Positions 1-9,149 of a stretch of 64,000 nucleotides of DNA are shown in pieces. How positions within the stretch are numbered: the stretch's first letter is position 1; the number at the start of each line of letters is the position of its first letter. The DNA is from Myxococcota bacterium (lineage in GTDB: Bacteria > Myxococcota_A > UBA9160 > JAFDDA01): the NCBI GenBank assembly GCA_965228475.1, contig OZ245817.1, forward strand, positions 416,001-480,000, written 5' to 3'. The notes below the pieces were generated by a model, which made no database searches, was not told the DNA's origin, and was given only the letters and a program-made list of their open reading frames with translations. A program made the translations under genes and the position numbers.

Positions 1-1659
1 ATCGCCAGAGCAACGGCATTGGGCATGGGAGGGCGGCTCGAGGAAGCGAGCGCCGACCTCGAGCGAACGCAGGGGATCCTCGACGAGGTGGGGGTCGAGG
101 CCTTGCAAGCGGGTGCCGACCTGATCGCGAATCTCGTGGCGCAGCCGGCCGGGCACTTTGCGTTGGCCGATGCGAAGGCGCGGAGCGCATTGGAGATCGC
201 GGAACGCCAGGGACTGCGCTTCGTGACCACGCTCGCCAGCGCGTGCCAGGCAGTCTACTGGCGATTCCTCGATCCAGGCCCGAGCCTCGTCATCTTCGAG
301 AAGGCCCTGGCAGAAGTAGGCACCGCGCAGGCGCCTTTCCAACGCGAGATCCTGACGAACACCCGCGCTTCGGCGTTGGTCCTGGCCGGGCGCCTGGAGG
401 AGGCGCAAGAGGCTCTCGAGCAGGCCCCGACCCGCTGGATGAACACGGACTTCGTGCAGTTCTTCTTCGACTGGGATCTCGCGGCGGCGACCTCCGCCGC
501 CAAGTTCGAGGACATGGAGGCCCGCGGGGTGCACGTGCTCGCCACCTCGCACTACGACATTCGCGCCCGGATCCGCGACGTGAAGGGCGACGACGAGGGC
601 GCACGCGCGGCATACCTCGAGGTCATCGAGTACGCCGAGCCGCTCGGGTTCGTCGAGCAGCTCGACCGGCCCCGGATGGCGCTCGCCGTCCTCGAAGCCC
701 GCTGCGGAAACCTCGAAGCCGCGGAGGAACACCTGGCGCGGGCCCGCGAACTGATCGAGGGGCCCGAGGACTATCGTGGCATGGTCGGCGTCTTCGAGCG
801 GGCCCAGGGTGCCGTGGCCGCTGCCCGCGGCGATTGGAACGTCGCGCGCGGCGCCTTCGAGCGTTCGATCGAGATCCTGGACCGCTTCGGCGTTCCCTTC
901 GAAGAGGCGGAGACGAACTTCGTCTGGGGCAATGTGCTCGCGAGGCGCGGCGATCGCCGCGGAGCGCTCGAACGGCTCGACCGTGCGCTCGAGATCTACC
1001 GCCGAATCGGCGCCGCGTCACAGTGGCTCGAGCGGGCCCTCGCCGCGAAGATGCGCGCGCAAGGCAGTCAGTCCACCGATGCCAAGGCAACCATCGCCGT
1101 CGTGGCGGCCTCGGTCGAGGCCAAGCGGCCGAGTATGTCGATCGCGGCCGGGTCCGACGGCACGGTCACCCTCATGTTCAGCGACATGCACGACTACACG
1201 GGCATGATGGAGCGGCTGGGCGATCGCGATGCGCTTCGCGTGGTCGAGGACCACAACCGCATCGTCCGGACCCAGTGTGATGCGCACGGAGGCTTCGAGG
1301 TGGAGCTGCGCGGCGACGGCTTCCTCGTCGCTTTTCCGACGCCGGCGGCGGGTGTCCGCTGCGCCATCGCGCTACATCGGGCCTTCGATGCCTACAACCG
1401 GGGCAACCCGGCCCAGCCCATCCGCATCCGGATCGGGCTCCATGCGGGCGAGGCGATCCGCGACGAGGACAAGTTCTTCGGCAAGACCGTGATTCACGCC
1501 TTCCGGATCGCGGACATGGCGGCCCGCGACGAGATCCTCGTCTCCGGCGAAGTCCAGTCGCAGGTGGCGCAGGAGGGCTTCCGCTTCAGTCGCGAGCGCG
1601 ACGTGGCGTTGAAAGGCTTCTCGGGCAAGCACTCCATCGCCTGCATCGAGTGGGAGTAG
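1..1659 (+). CDS. TPR-like helical region plus C-terminal class III adenylate/guanylate cyclase (5'-truncated by window edge)
   Basis: Frame open from the window start. Helical repeats are followed by cyclase motifs TLMFSDMHDYT, ELRGDGFLVAF, IRIRIGLHAGE and the LKGF tail. Confidence 0.85.
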   Translation: MARATALGMGGRLEEASADLERTQGILDEVGVEALQAGADLIANLVAQPAGHFALADAKARSALEIAERQGLRFVTTLASACQAVYWRFLDPGPSLVIFEKALAEVGTAQAPFQREILTNTRASALVLAGRLEEAQEALEQAPTRWMNTDFVQFFFDWDLAAATSAAKFEDMEARGVHVLATSHYDIRARIRDVKGDDEGARAAYLEVIEYAEPLGFVEQLDRPRMALAVLEARCGNLEAAEEHLARARELIEGPEDYRGMVGVFERAQGAVAAARGDWNVARGAFERSIEILDRFGVPFEEAETNFVWGNVLARRGDRRGALERLDRALEIYRRIGAASQWLERALAAKMRAQGSQSTDAKATIAVVAASVEAKRPSMSIAAGSDGTVTLMFSDMHDYTGMMERLGDRDALRVVEDHNRIVRTQCDAHGGFEVELRGDGFLVAFPTPAAGVRCAIALHRAFDAYNRGNPAQPIRIRIGLHAGEAIRDEDKFFGKTVIHAFRIADMAARDEILVSGEVQSQVAQEGFRFSRERDVALKGFSGKHSIACIEWE

Positions 1660-1668
1660 GGCGCAGTC

Positions 1669-2775
1669 TCATCCGCTCTGCAGCAGGCGGTAGCAGAGCA
1701 TCTTCGAAACGTTGAGGAGGAGCTGCGCCGCGACCTCCGAATCGCTGGCGATGGCCTTGCGCAGCGTTCCCTCGCTCAGGCTGAGGATGCGCCCCTCGGT
1801 GGCCGCGTCGACGTCGGCGGAGCGTGGCCGTTCGAGGAGGAAGGCCATCTCACCGAAGACATCGCCCGGTGAGAATACGCGCACGAGCTCGCCATTCACC
1901 CGCACCTCGAAAGTGCCTTCAAGCACCACGAACATGTTGCGGGCCACGCCGCCCTGTTTCAGGACGCGATCGCCGGGAGCGCAGCGGATGATGTTGCTCT
2001 TGCCCAGAACGCGCTCCGCTTCCTCCTCCGAGAGCCCGTCGAGGGCCGAGAGTCGATTCTCGGCCAGCTCGTCCAGCGAATCCTGGACTTCGTCGAGGTA
2101 GCGATCCGGGTTGCTCAGGCGCTGGCTCACGACGCCGCTCGCGTCGATCAAGCGCTCCACGCAGGTGGGGATACGGGCATCGTCACCATGATCTTTCGTG
2201 ACGGCTGCCATTGGTGAGCCGATCCGCCGCAGATACTCGACGTCCTCGACGACCGTGACGATCGGGATCAGATAGCCCGATTCGGCGCTGTTGATGTGCT
2301 TCTTTGCGAACGTGCGGCTGCCCTGGCTCATGTACAGGCCGAGCAGGTGCGGCTCGCAGGCGCCGAAGATGAGTTGGATCCGCTCGCCCTGGATGAAGCT
2401 GGATGACTCCTGGCCGAGGCTGAAGAAGACGTCGCTACCGCGCAGGGCGGGTGTCACCATGCCGCGCTCGCCGACGGCGAGGGTTTCGGGCGGCAGCTCC
2501 TCCAGGAAGGGCGCGAGCTGGTAGTGGTCGATCAGTCGCTCGGTGAAGGGCGCGTCGCCGCCCCAGCTCATGCGTTGAGTTGCCACGACCGCTCCATCCT
2601 GCGCCGCGTACCAGATCCGGGCCGTCTCGTCTTCGGGCTCGACGAGACGCTGATTCTCGTGGTCGGCCGCCTCGCCGTAGCGCCCCATCTCCTCGACGTA
2701 GACGTCGTATCGGAAGCGGTAGACCGCCTCCTTCTCCTCCTCGGTCGTGGCCAGATGGAATCCGTCTCGAAGCAT
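1669..2775 (-). CDS. GNAT-fold acyltransferase (LuxI/FeeM-like N-acyl synthase) fused to C-terminal cyclic-nucleotide-binding domain
   Basis: ATG at 2775 (MLRDGFHLATTEEEKEAVYRFRYDVYVEEMG). The C-terminal cNMP motif is GDVFGEMAFLLERPRSADV. Confidence 0.8.
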   Translation of the reverse strand: MLRDGFHLATTEEEKEAVYRFRYDVYVEEMGRYGEAADHENQRLVEPEDETARIWYAAQDGAVVATQRMSWGGDAPFTERLIDHYQLAPFLEELPPETLAVGERGMVTPALRGSDVFFSLGQESSSFIQGERIQLIFGACEPHLLGLYMSQGSRTFAKKHINSAESGYLIPIVTVVEDVEYLRRIGSPMAAVTKDHGDDARIPTCVERLIDASGVVSQRLSNPDRYLDEVQDSLDELAENRLSALDGLSEEEAERVLGKSNIIRCAPGDRVLKQGGVARNMFVVLEGTFEVRVNGELVRVFSPGDVFGEMAFLLERPRSADVDAATEGRILSLSEGTLRKAIASDSEVAAQLLLNVSKMLCYRLLQSG

Positions 2776-2977
2776 CGCGCCCGACGAGAGTGCCTCGGCG
2801 GCGGGCCGCGTGTCCAGAGCGAATGCTGCTCGGTGTCGAGTGTTGTGCGGGTCCTTGGAGGCGACGCCGAGAGGGCTGAAACGCGAAAATCGCCGCGGAG
2901 AGGTGGGGAGGGAGGAACCCTCGAGCCCGGGCGGCGTCTTACCCAGGTGGCCGGGCGGTTCCCGGACGGAGCGTGGC

Positions 2978-4423
2978 ATGGGTTGGAGTTTCAGGCGTGG
3001 GGCCGCGGTGGCGGCGGGGCTGGTGATCGGAGTGCTGGCGTGCGGCAGCGAGGGCGCCAGCGACACCCCCGCGGCCGCCGGGGGCGGCGTCGAAGCTTCG
3101 GCTGCGGACGTTCGCCCGACCTCGCCCGAGGCGCTACGTGCGAAGCTCCCGAAGGCCCGGCCGCGGGTCTTTGCCGAGGCGCCCGCCGTTCCGAGCGGCC
3201 CGCTCGCGCCGGAGGTGGCCGCCGCCGTCGCGACCGCCTTCGGAGACAACCTCGCGAGCGGCGCCTGGGGGGAGGAGGAGGTCGAAGCCCTGCGCGCGAT
3301 GGCCGGTTCGGGCGATCCGCGCCTCGCCTGGATCGTGGCCGACTTCATGCGGATCGTGCGCGACGCCACGCTCCAGGGCCTGCTCGCCGCCGCCGCGAGC
3401 CAGCTGCTCGGCGTCGACGTCGCGGCCGGCAGTCCGTGGAGCGACACGACGGATCACCTGATCGCCTGGGACGTGCCCGCACCGCCCGGCTACCTGGCCG
3501 TGAAGCGCCGCATCTACACGCTCATCGTCCCCGAATGGGAGCGGCTGTTCGTCGAGGGCGACATCGATTGGCGTCACGTCTCCTGGGGCGGGGTCCGCAT
3601 CGACGACCGCCCCTTCGGGACGACGGACCAGCCCTGCAACTGCATCCCCGCCGCGGACGATCCCCCGGTGACCTCCGCGGCCGAGGCGGCCTGGCTCGCC
3701 GACGACGACATCGTGTTCGGGATCGTCTTGAACGGCGAAGCGCGCGCCTACCCGCGCCGCATCATGGAAGTGCGCGAGATGGTGAACGACACCCTCGGCG
3801 GCCGGCACCTCGGCATCCCCTACTGCACGCTTTGCGGCTCCGCCCAGGCCTACCTGACCGACGACGTCCCCGAAGGCGTCGCGCGGCCGGTGCTGCGGAC
3901 CTCGGGCCTGCTGATCCGATCGAACAAGGTGATGTACGACCTGAACACGTACTCGGTGCTCGACACCTTCCGCGGGTTCGCCGCGACGGGGCCGCTCGCC
4001 GAGCGCGGGGTCAAGCTCCGCCAGGCCGGCGTGGTCACCACGACCTGGGGCAAGTGGAAGGCCGCCCATCCCGAGACGACCGTCCTGGCGGAGCGGCTCG
4101 CCCTCGGGCGCGACTTCGACTTCCGCAACACCCGCGACGCGAACGGCCCGATCTTCCCGATCGGCGACGCGGACCCGCGGCTTCCCGTGCAAGAAGACGT
4201 GCTCGGCGTGATCACCGCCTCGGGGAAGCCCGTGGCGTTCCACATCGAGACGGCGAGGGCCGCGCTCGAGCGGGGCGAGACCGTCGCCTTCGAGAACGTC
4301 CGGTTGGCGCTCGACGGCAGCGGCGTCCGCGCGCTCGGCGCCGAGGGCGAGGACCTCGGCGGCCACCAGGCCTTCTGGTTCGCGTGGTCCCAGTTCCATC
4401 CCGGGACGGCGCTCTGGCCGTAG
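2978..4423 (+). CDS. DUF3179-family exported protein, probable lipoprotein
   Basis: Signal peptide ending VLAC. Motifs ARAYPRRIMEVREMVND, YCTLCGS, TSGLLIRSNKVMYD and FWFAWSQFHP. Confidence 0.8.
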   Translation: MGWSFRRGAAVAAGLVIGVLACGSEGASDTPAAAGGGVEASAADVRPTSPEALRAKLPKARPRVFAEAPAVPSGPLAPEVAAAVATAFGDNLASGAWGEEEVEALRAMAGSGDPRLAWIVADFMRIVRDATLQGLLAAAASQLLGVDVAAGSPWSDTTDHLIAWDVPAPPGYLAVKRRIYTLIVPEWERLFVEGDIDWRHVSWGGVRIDDRPFGTTDQPCNCIPAADDPPVTSAAEAAWLADDDIVFGIVLNGEARAYPRRIMEVREMVNDTLGGRHLGIPYCTLCGSAQAYLTDDVPEGVARPVLRTSGLLIRSNKVMYDLNTYSVLDTFRGFAATGPLAERGVKLRQAGVVTTTWGKWKAAHPETTVLAERLALGRDFDFRNTRDANGPIFPIGDADPRLPVQEDVLGVITASGKPVAFHIETARAALERGETVAFENVRLALDGSGVRALGAEGEDLGGHQAFWFAWSQFHPGTALWP

Positions 4424-4482
4424 GCCGCTTTCGTCACACTTTCCGGTGAAACGCTGCGGGCGGCCGAAGACTCCAACCGGCC

Positions 4483-4911
4483 ATGGATGCAGCGGGCGTC
4501 ACGGGGTTGCAGCGGCTGGCCGAAGCCGGTCTCGGGTTCTCGGCCCTGGTCTACGCGGGAGCGGTGCTGGCGGATCTCGCCGAACACTTCCGACTCGAGC
4601 GCCGCACCTCCGGACGCTGGTTCGGCTGGCGTGCGGTGACGCCCGGGGAGACCGCCGTTCATCTGGCGATCGGATCGCTGCTGTTCGGTCTCTTCTGGCT
4701 CGCGCGTCCGCTCCCCGCGGCACCCGTCCTGCGCGACGTCTTCGTCGTGGCCGCTCCGCTCGGAATCCTCGCGCTCGGCTGGCTCGACGAGCTCGGTTTC
4801 CATCGCCGCCGGGTCGAGCACCGCGAGCACCTGATGCACACCACGAGCCACCTGGCGCTCGGTTCGTGCGTGGTCTTCCTGCTCTGGGCGAGGGTCTACC
4901 CGTGGCCGTGA
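4483..4911 (+). CDS. Hypothetical membrane protein
   Basis: 142 aa with about 4 hydrophobic segments and a His-rich motif (DELGFHRRR..EHLMH). Its stop overlaps the next start. Confidence 0.6.
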   Translation: MDAAGVTGLQRLAEAGLGFSALVYAGAVLADLAEHFRLERRTSGRWFGWRAVTPGETAVHLAIGSLLFGLFWLARPLPAAPVLRDVFVVAAPLGILALGWLDELGFHRRRVEHREHLMHTTSHLALGSCVVFLLWARVYPWP

Positions 4912-5558
4912 CGCCCAGGCCCGTCGTCTGGGTCCTGGCCGCGCTGCTCGTGGCACCGCTTGCGCACGGGCAGCAGGACCAATCGAACTGGGAGTTCCTC
5001 GAAGAGAAAGCCGGCGTGCGCGTCGAGCGCTCGCCGGCCAAGGCGGGCCAGGTCGCCTATCGCGCCACCGCGCGCATCGAACAGCCCGCCGACGCCGTTC
5101 GCGAGGTCTTGAAGGACCTCGAGCGCTTCCCCGAGTGGGCCGACCGGCTGCACACCTGGGAGGTCCTGGCCCGCGAAGGCGATGCGACGCTCGTCTACGG
5201 GCGCCACGACGTCCCCTGGCCGATCGCGGACCGCGACTACGTCGTTCGCTATCGCTGCGGCGGTGGCGACGACGCCTTCTTTCTCGAAGCCCGCTCGGTC
5301 GAGTCTTCCGAACGTCCCGTCCCGGAAGGCGTGGTGCGCATCGCGGACCTCCATACGCTCTGGGAGGTGACCCCGGCGCCCGAACCCTCCGCCTCCGTCG
5401 TCCGGTACACGTACCGTGGCGGTCTCGGGGGCCGCGTGCCGGAATGGGTGCAGGAACTCGTGCGGGGCGGCTCGATGCGGAGCTCCTTCGAGCGGCTCGA
5501 GGCCCGGGTCGCGGCGGTTCGACAGCCGGAGGCCGGTCCATCCCGCCCTTCCCGATAG
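4908..5558 (+). CDS. Exported START/SRPBCC lipid-binding domain protein
   Basis: GTG start overlapping the previous TGA. Signal peptide, then START motifs PWPIADRDYV and GGRVPEWV. Confidence 0.75.
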   Translation: MTPRPVVWVLAALLVAPLAHGQQDQSNWEFLEEKAGVRVERSPAKAGQVAYRATARIEQPADAVREVLKDLERFPEWADRLHTWEVLAREGDATLVYGRHDVPWPIADRDYVVRYRCGGGDDAFFLEARSVESSERPVPEGVVRIADLHTLWEVTPAPEPSASVVRYTYRGGLGGRVPEWVQELVRGGSMRSSFERLEARVAAVRQPEAGPSRPSR

Positions 5559-5568
5559 CTGGCTGCCG

Positions 5569-5597
5569 TTGCAAGTGGCTTGTCAACTGAATAACAT
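5569..5597 (+). promoter_or_regulatory. Sigma-70-type promoter of tetR with overlapping operator (5578-5594)
   Basis: TTGCAA-17 bp-TAACAT. The spacer holds GCTTGTCAACTGAATAA, a motif also found at 7312-7328. Confidence 0.6.
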
Positions 5598-5603
5598 GCC
5601 CTC

Positions 5604-6218
5604 ATGGCGGCGAGCTCCCCCACCCAGCGGCAGATCCAGCGCGAGGCGACGCGCGAGCGGATCCTCGAGGCGGCGGTCGAAGCCTTTGCGGAGCAGGGCT
5701 TCCTCGGCGCGAGCACGCGCGAGATCGCGCGCCGGGCCGGCACGAACCAGGGGCTCATCACCTACCACTTCAAGAGCAAGGAAGAGCTGTGGCGCGCCGC
5801 CGCGGACAGCATCTTCGCGCGGCTCGGCGGGCAGCTGGCCGAGCGGCTCGCGGCGCCGGAGTTCGCGGATCCGCGCGAGCGCTCGCGCGAAGCGATCCGC
5901 GAGTACGTGCGCTTCGCCGCGGCCTACCCCGAACTCTTCCGCATCATGGTCGACGAGGGCCGCGTCGCCGGGGAGCGCCTCGAGTGGCTCGTCGACACCC
6001 ACCTGCGGCCGCGCTTCGAGGAGATCTCGAAGGGGCTTCTCGAGGTGGTCGGCATCGACGAGGCGCTCGTCCCCCACGCCTTCTACGTGCTCGCCGGCGC
6101 CTCTTCCCTGATCTTCGCCGTGGCACCCGAGTGCCGGCGGCTCACGGGCCTCGACCCCCTGCGCGCCGAGGCCATCGAAACGCACGCGGACTACGTGGCG
6201 CAGCTGCTGGTCCCCTGA
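5604..6218 (+). CDS. TetR/AcrR family transcriptional regulator
   Basis: N-terminal HTH ILEAAVEAFAEQGF...IARRAGTNQGLITYHFKSKEELW. Confidence 0.93.
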   Translation: MAASSPTQRQIQREATRERILEAAVEAFAEQGFLGASTREIARRAGTNQGLITYHFKSKEELWRAAADSIFARLGGQLAERLAAPEFADPRERSREAIREYVRFAAAYPELFRIMVDEGRVAGERLEWLVDTHLRPRFEEISKGLLEVVGIDEALVPHAFYVLAGASSLIFAVAPECRRLTGLDPLRAEAIETHADYVAQLLVP

Positions 6219-6257
6219 GAACAGCGCGGGCGCCCGAGCTCGCACCGGAGGAACGGA

Positions 6258-7298
6258 ATGCGGCGGACTCTCGCCTGGGCAGTGCTGGTCTTCGCGATCG
6301 TCGCCCTCGTCGGTGGCTTCCTCGCCTTTCGCGGCGTCGGCGGGATGGACGGTCTCCAGCGCGCGGCCGCCCGGCGCGCCCTCGAACCGCGGCACGATGC
6401 GCTCTTCGAAGACGGGCGCCTCCACGTCTTCACCCTCGGCACCGGCTCTCCGCAGCTCGGGGGCGGCCGCATGCCCGTCGCGAACGCGGTGATCGCGGGC
6501 GGGGAGTTCCTGCTCATCGACGTCGGCGAGGGCGCGAGCCGTACGATGGGCGAGCTGGGCCTGCCGCTCGAGCGGATCACCGGCGCCTTCATCACCCACT
6601 GGCACTCGGACCACTTCGCCGGGCTCGGCCAGGTCTTGAACCAATCCTGGAACGCGGACCGCCCGCACGAGGTCGAGGTCCACGGCCCGCCTGGCATCGA
6701 GCGTGTCATGGACGGCCTCGAGCGGATGTACCGCGACGACATCGGCTACCGCTCGGCCGGGAAGGTCGAGGACAACGACCCGGCGCTGGCGCTCGGAAGA
6801 CCCATCGCCGTCTCGATTCCGACCGGCGAGGCTTCGGCGATCGTCTTCGATCGCGGCGGCGTCCGGGTCCGCGCCTTCCACGTCGACCATGGGCACATCG
6901 AGCCGGCGTACGGCTACCGCGTCGAGTACAACGGCCGCTCGGCCGTCTTCAGCGGCGACACCGTCGCGTCCCCGCTCGTGGCGGAAGCGGCGCGCGGCGC
7001 CGACCTGTTGGTGCACGAAGCGGTGAACACGCGCCTCATGCGCAACGCGATCGCCGTGCTCCGCGAGATGGGCAACGAGGTGAACGCCCGCCGGGCGGAG
7101 GGCGTCATCGGCTACCACGCCGATACGATCGGGGTCGCCAAGGTGGCCGCGGAGGCGGGCGTCGGCCGCCTGGTCCTGGCCCATCTGATCCCCGCGATCC
7201 CGAACCCCCTGTTCCCGCGGCTCTTCGTGGCGGGAATGGCCGAGCACTACGACGGCCCGATCGTCGTGGCGGCCGACGGTCAGCACTTCGCCCTCTGA
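6258..7298 (+). CDS. MBL-fold metallo-hydrolase (RNase Z/AtsA-like), N-terminal anchor
   Basis: Motifs LGTGSP, THWHSDH, HVDH, FSGDT, LLVHEA and LAHL. Confidence 0.85.
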   Translation: MRRTLAWAVLVFAIVALVGGFLAFRGVGGMDGLQRAAARRALEPRHDALFEDGRLHVFTLGTGSPQLGGGRMPVANAVIAGGEFLLIDVGEGASRTMGELGLPLERITGAFITHWHSDHFAGLGQVLNQSWNADRPHEVEVHGPPGIERVMDGLERMYRDDIGYRSAGKVEDNDPALALGRPIAVSIPTGEASAIVFDRGGVRVRAFHVDHGHIEPAYGYRVEYNGRSAVFSGDTVASPLVAEAARGADLLVHEAVNTRLMRNAIAVLREMGNEVNARRAEGVIGYHADTIGVAKVAAEAGVGRLVLAHLIPAIPNPLFPRLFVAGMAEHYDGPIVVAADGQHFAL

Positions 7299-7311
7299 TT
7301 CCAGGCCTGAT

Positions 7312-7367
7312 TTATTCACTTGACAAGCGAGATCCCTGCTGGCATCATTCGCTTGTCAATCGAACAG
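7312..7367 (+). promoter_or_regulatory. Sigma-70-type promoter flanked by two TetR-like operators
   Basis: TTGACA (7320-7325)-17 bp-CATCAT (7343-7348). Perfect 11-bp inverted repeat TTGACAAGCGA (7320-7330) / TCGCTTGTCAA (7349-7359). Confidence 0.65.
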
Positions 7368-7412
7368 TCAGAGATCGAACCCCAGGGAAAACCAAGAGAA
7401 TCGGAGGAGAGG

Positions 7413-9149
7413 ATGGAGACGCTTCGGACGGACGTACTGGTGGTCGGCGCGGGCCCCGCCGGCCTCACGGCGGCGAGCCTGCTCGCGCGGCTCGGGGTCG
7501 ACGCCCTGACGCTCACGAAGTTCGGCACGGCGAACGCGCCCCGGGCCCACATCACGAACCAGCGGGCGGTCGAGATCCTGCGGGACCTCGGGATCGAGGA
7601 GGCCGCCAAGGCCCGGGCACTCCCCCACGAGCTCATGGCGAAGCAGGTCTTCGCGACGTCCTTCGCCGGGCGAGAGCTCTCGCGGATGATGACCTGGGGC
7701 ACCGGCGACGATCGCATCGGCGAGTACCGCGCCGCGAGCCCCTGCGAGATGTGCAACGCACCGCAGCACGTGCTCGAGCCGATCCTGCTCGACCGCGCCC
7801 GGGAGCTCGGCGCGGACGTCCGCCAGCACCACGAAGTGGTCTCGCTCGAGGAGACGGAAGACCACGTCACCGCCCGCGTGCGTCCGGGCGACGGGGGCGC
7901 GGAGTTCGAGGTCGAAGCCCGCTACGTGCTCGGCTGCGACGGCGCCCGCACGGTGGTCGGCCGGGAAGGCGGCTTCGAGTTCGAAGGCGAGGCGGGCCTC
8001 GGCGATGCCGTGACGGTCTGGATCGAAGCCGATCTCTCCCGCTACACGAAGCACCGCTCGGGGGCGCTGTTCGTCACCGTGACGCCCGGGAGCCGGGACA
8101 TGGTGAGCATCTGGACCTGCGTCGAGCCGTGGAACGAATGGAGCACGATCTTCATCCGCACCGACATGTCCCCGAACGATCTCGACGAGTCGGCCGTCAC
8201 CGAGAGCGTTCGCGCCGCCATTGGCGACGACAGCGTCCCGTTCAAGATCAAGAAGATCAGCCCCTGGCAGTTCAACCACGTCGTCGCCTCGAACTACCGG
8301 CGCGGCCGGCTCTTCATCGCCGGGGACGCCGCGCACCGACATCCGCCCGCGAACGGCCTCGGCAGCAACACGTCGATGCAGGACAGCTACAACCTGGCGT
8401 GGAAGCTCGCGCTCGTCCTGCGGGGTCAGGCCGACGAGGGGCTGCTCGACACCTACAGTTCCGAGCGCCAGCCGGTGGGCCGCCAGATCATCGACCGCGC
8501 CATGCAGAGCGTGCACGAGATGCCCGGCTGGCTCGTGGCGCTCGGGATCCGCCCGGACATGACTCCCGAGGAGGCCGAAGCGCACCTCGACGAGGTGTAC
8601 GGCCCGGAGGGCGAGGAGCAGCGCGCCGCGATGCTGGAGGCGCTCGACGTGATGAATGCCCAGTTCAACGCCCACGGGGTCGAGCTCGGGCAGCGCTACC
8701 GCTCGCGCGCCGTGGCGGTCGAAGCGTCGCCGCCGCCCGAGCCCACGCGCGACCCCGTGCTCCACCACGAGCCGTCCACGTACCCGGGAAGCCCGATCCC
8801 CCACGCCTGGCTCGCGCGCGGCGATCAGGACGTCTCCACTCTCGACCTCTGCGCCTACGACCGCTTCACCCTGGTCACCGGTGCGGGAGGCCAGGACTGG
8901 CTCGATGCCGCGGCGAAGGTCTCCGCCGAGCTCGGCGTCGAGATCGCCGGCGTGCAGGTCTCGCTCGGCCTCGAGACGAACGACGTCTACGGGGATTGGA
9001 CCCGCCGCCGCGAGGTGGGCGACCGGGGCTGTGTGCTCGTTCGGCCGGACCGGATCGTCGCCTGGCGCTCCCCGGGTGCCGCCCGGGACGCGAAAGAAAC
9101 CCTGCGAGACGTGATGTCTGGCATTCTGGGAACTGGAGGCTCGGTATGA
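7413..9149 (+). CDS. FAD-dependent phenol monooxygenase (2,4-dichlorophenol 6-monooxygenase TfdB-like)
   Basis: ATG after GGAGAGG. Motifs VVGAGPAG, PRAHITNQR, GCDGAR, AGDAAHRHPPANGLGSNTSMQDSYNLAWKL and LVRPD. Confidence 0.88.
   Translation: METLRTDVLVVGAGPAGLTAASLLARLGVDALTLTKFGTANAPRAHITNQRAVEILRDLGIEEAAKARALPHELMAKQVFATSFAGRELSRMMTWGTGDDRIGEYRAASPCEMCNAPQHVLEPILLDRARELGADVRQHHEVVSLEETEDHVTARVRPGDGGAEFEVEARYVLGCDGARTVVGREGGFEFEGEAGLGDAVTVWIEADLSRYTKHRSGALFVTVTPGSRDMVSIWTCVEPWNEWSTIFIRTDMSPNDLDESAVTESVRAAIGDDSVPFKIKKISPWQFNHVVASNYRRGRLFIAGDAAHRHPPANGLGSNTSMQDSYNLAWKLALVLRGQADEGLLDTYSSERQPVGRQIIDRAMQSVHEMPGWLVALGIRPDMTPEEAEAHLDEVYGPEGEEQRAAMLEALDVMNAQFNAHGVELGQRYRSRAVAVEASPPPEPTRDPVLHHEPSTYPGSPIPHAWLARGDQDVSTLDLCAYDRFTLVTGAGGQDWLDAAAKVSAELGVEIAGVQVSLGLETNDVYGDWTRRREVGDRGCVLVRPDRIVAWRSPGAARDAKETLRDVMSGILGTGGSV

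Noticed and set aside
2978..4423. Selenoprotein form of DUF3179
   Set aside because: No in-frame TGA. The motif is Cys-only (CTLC).
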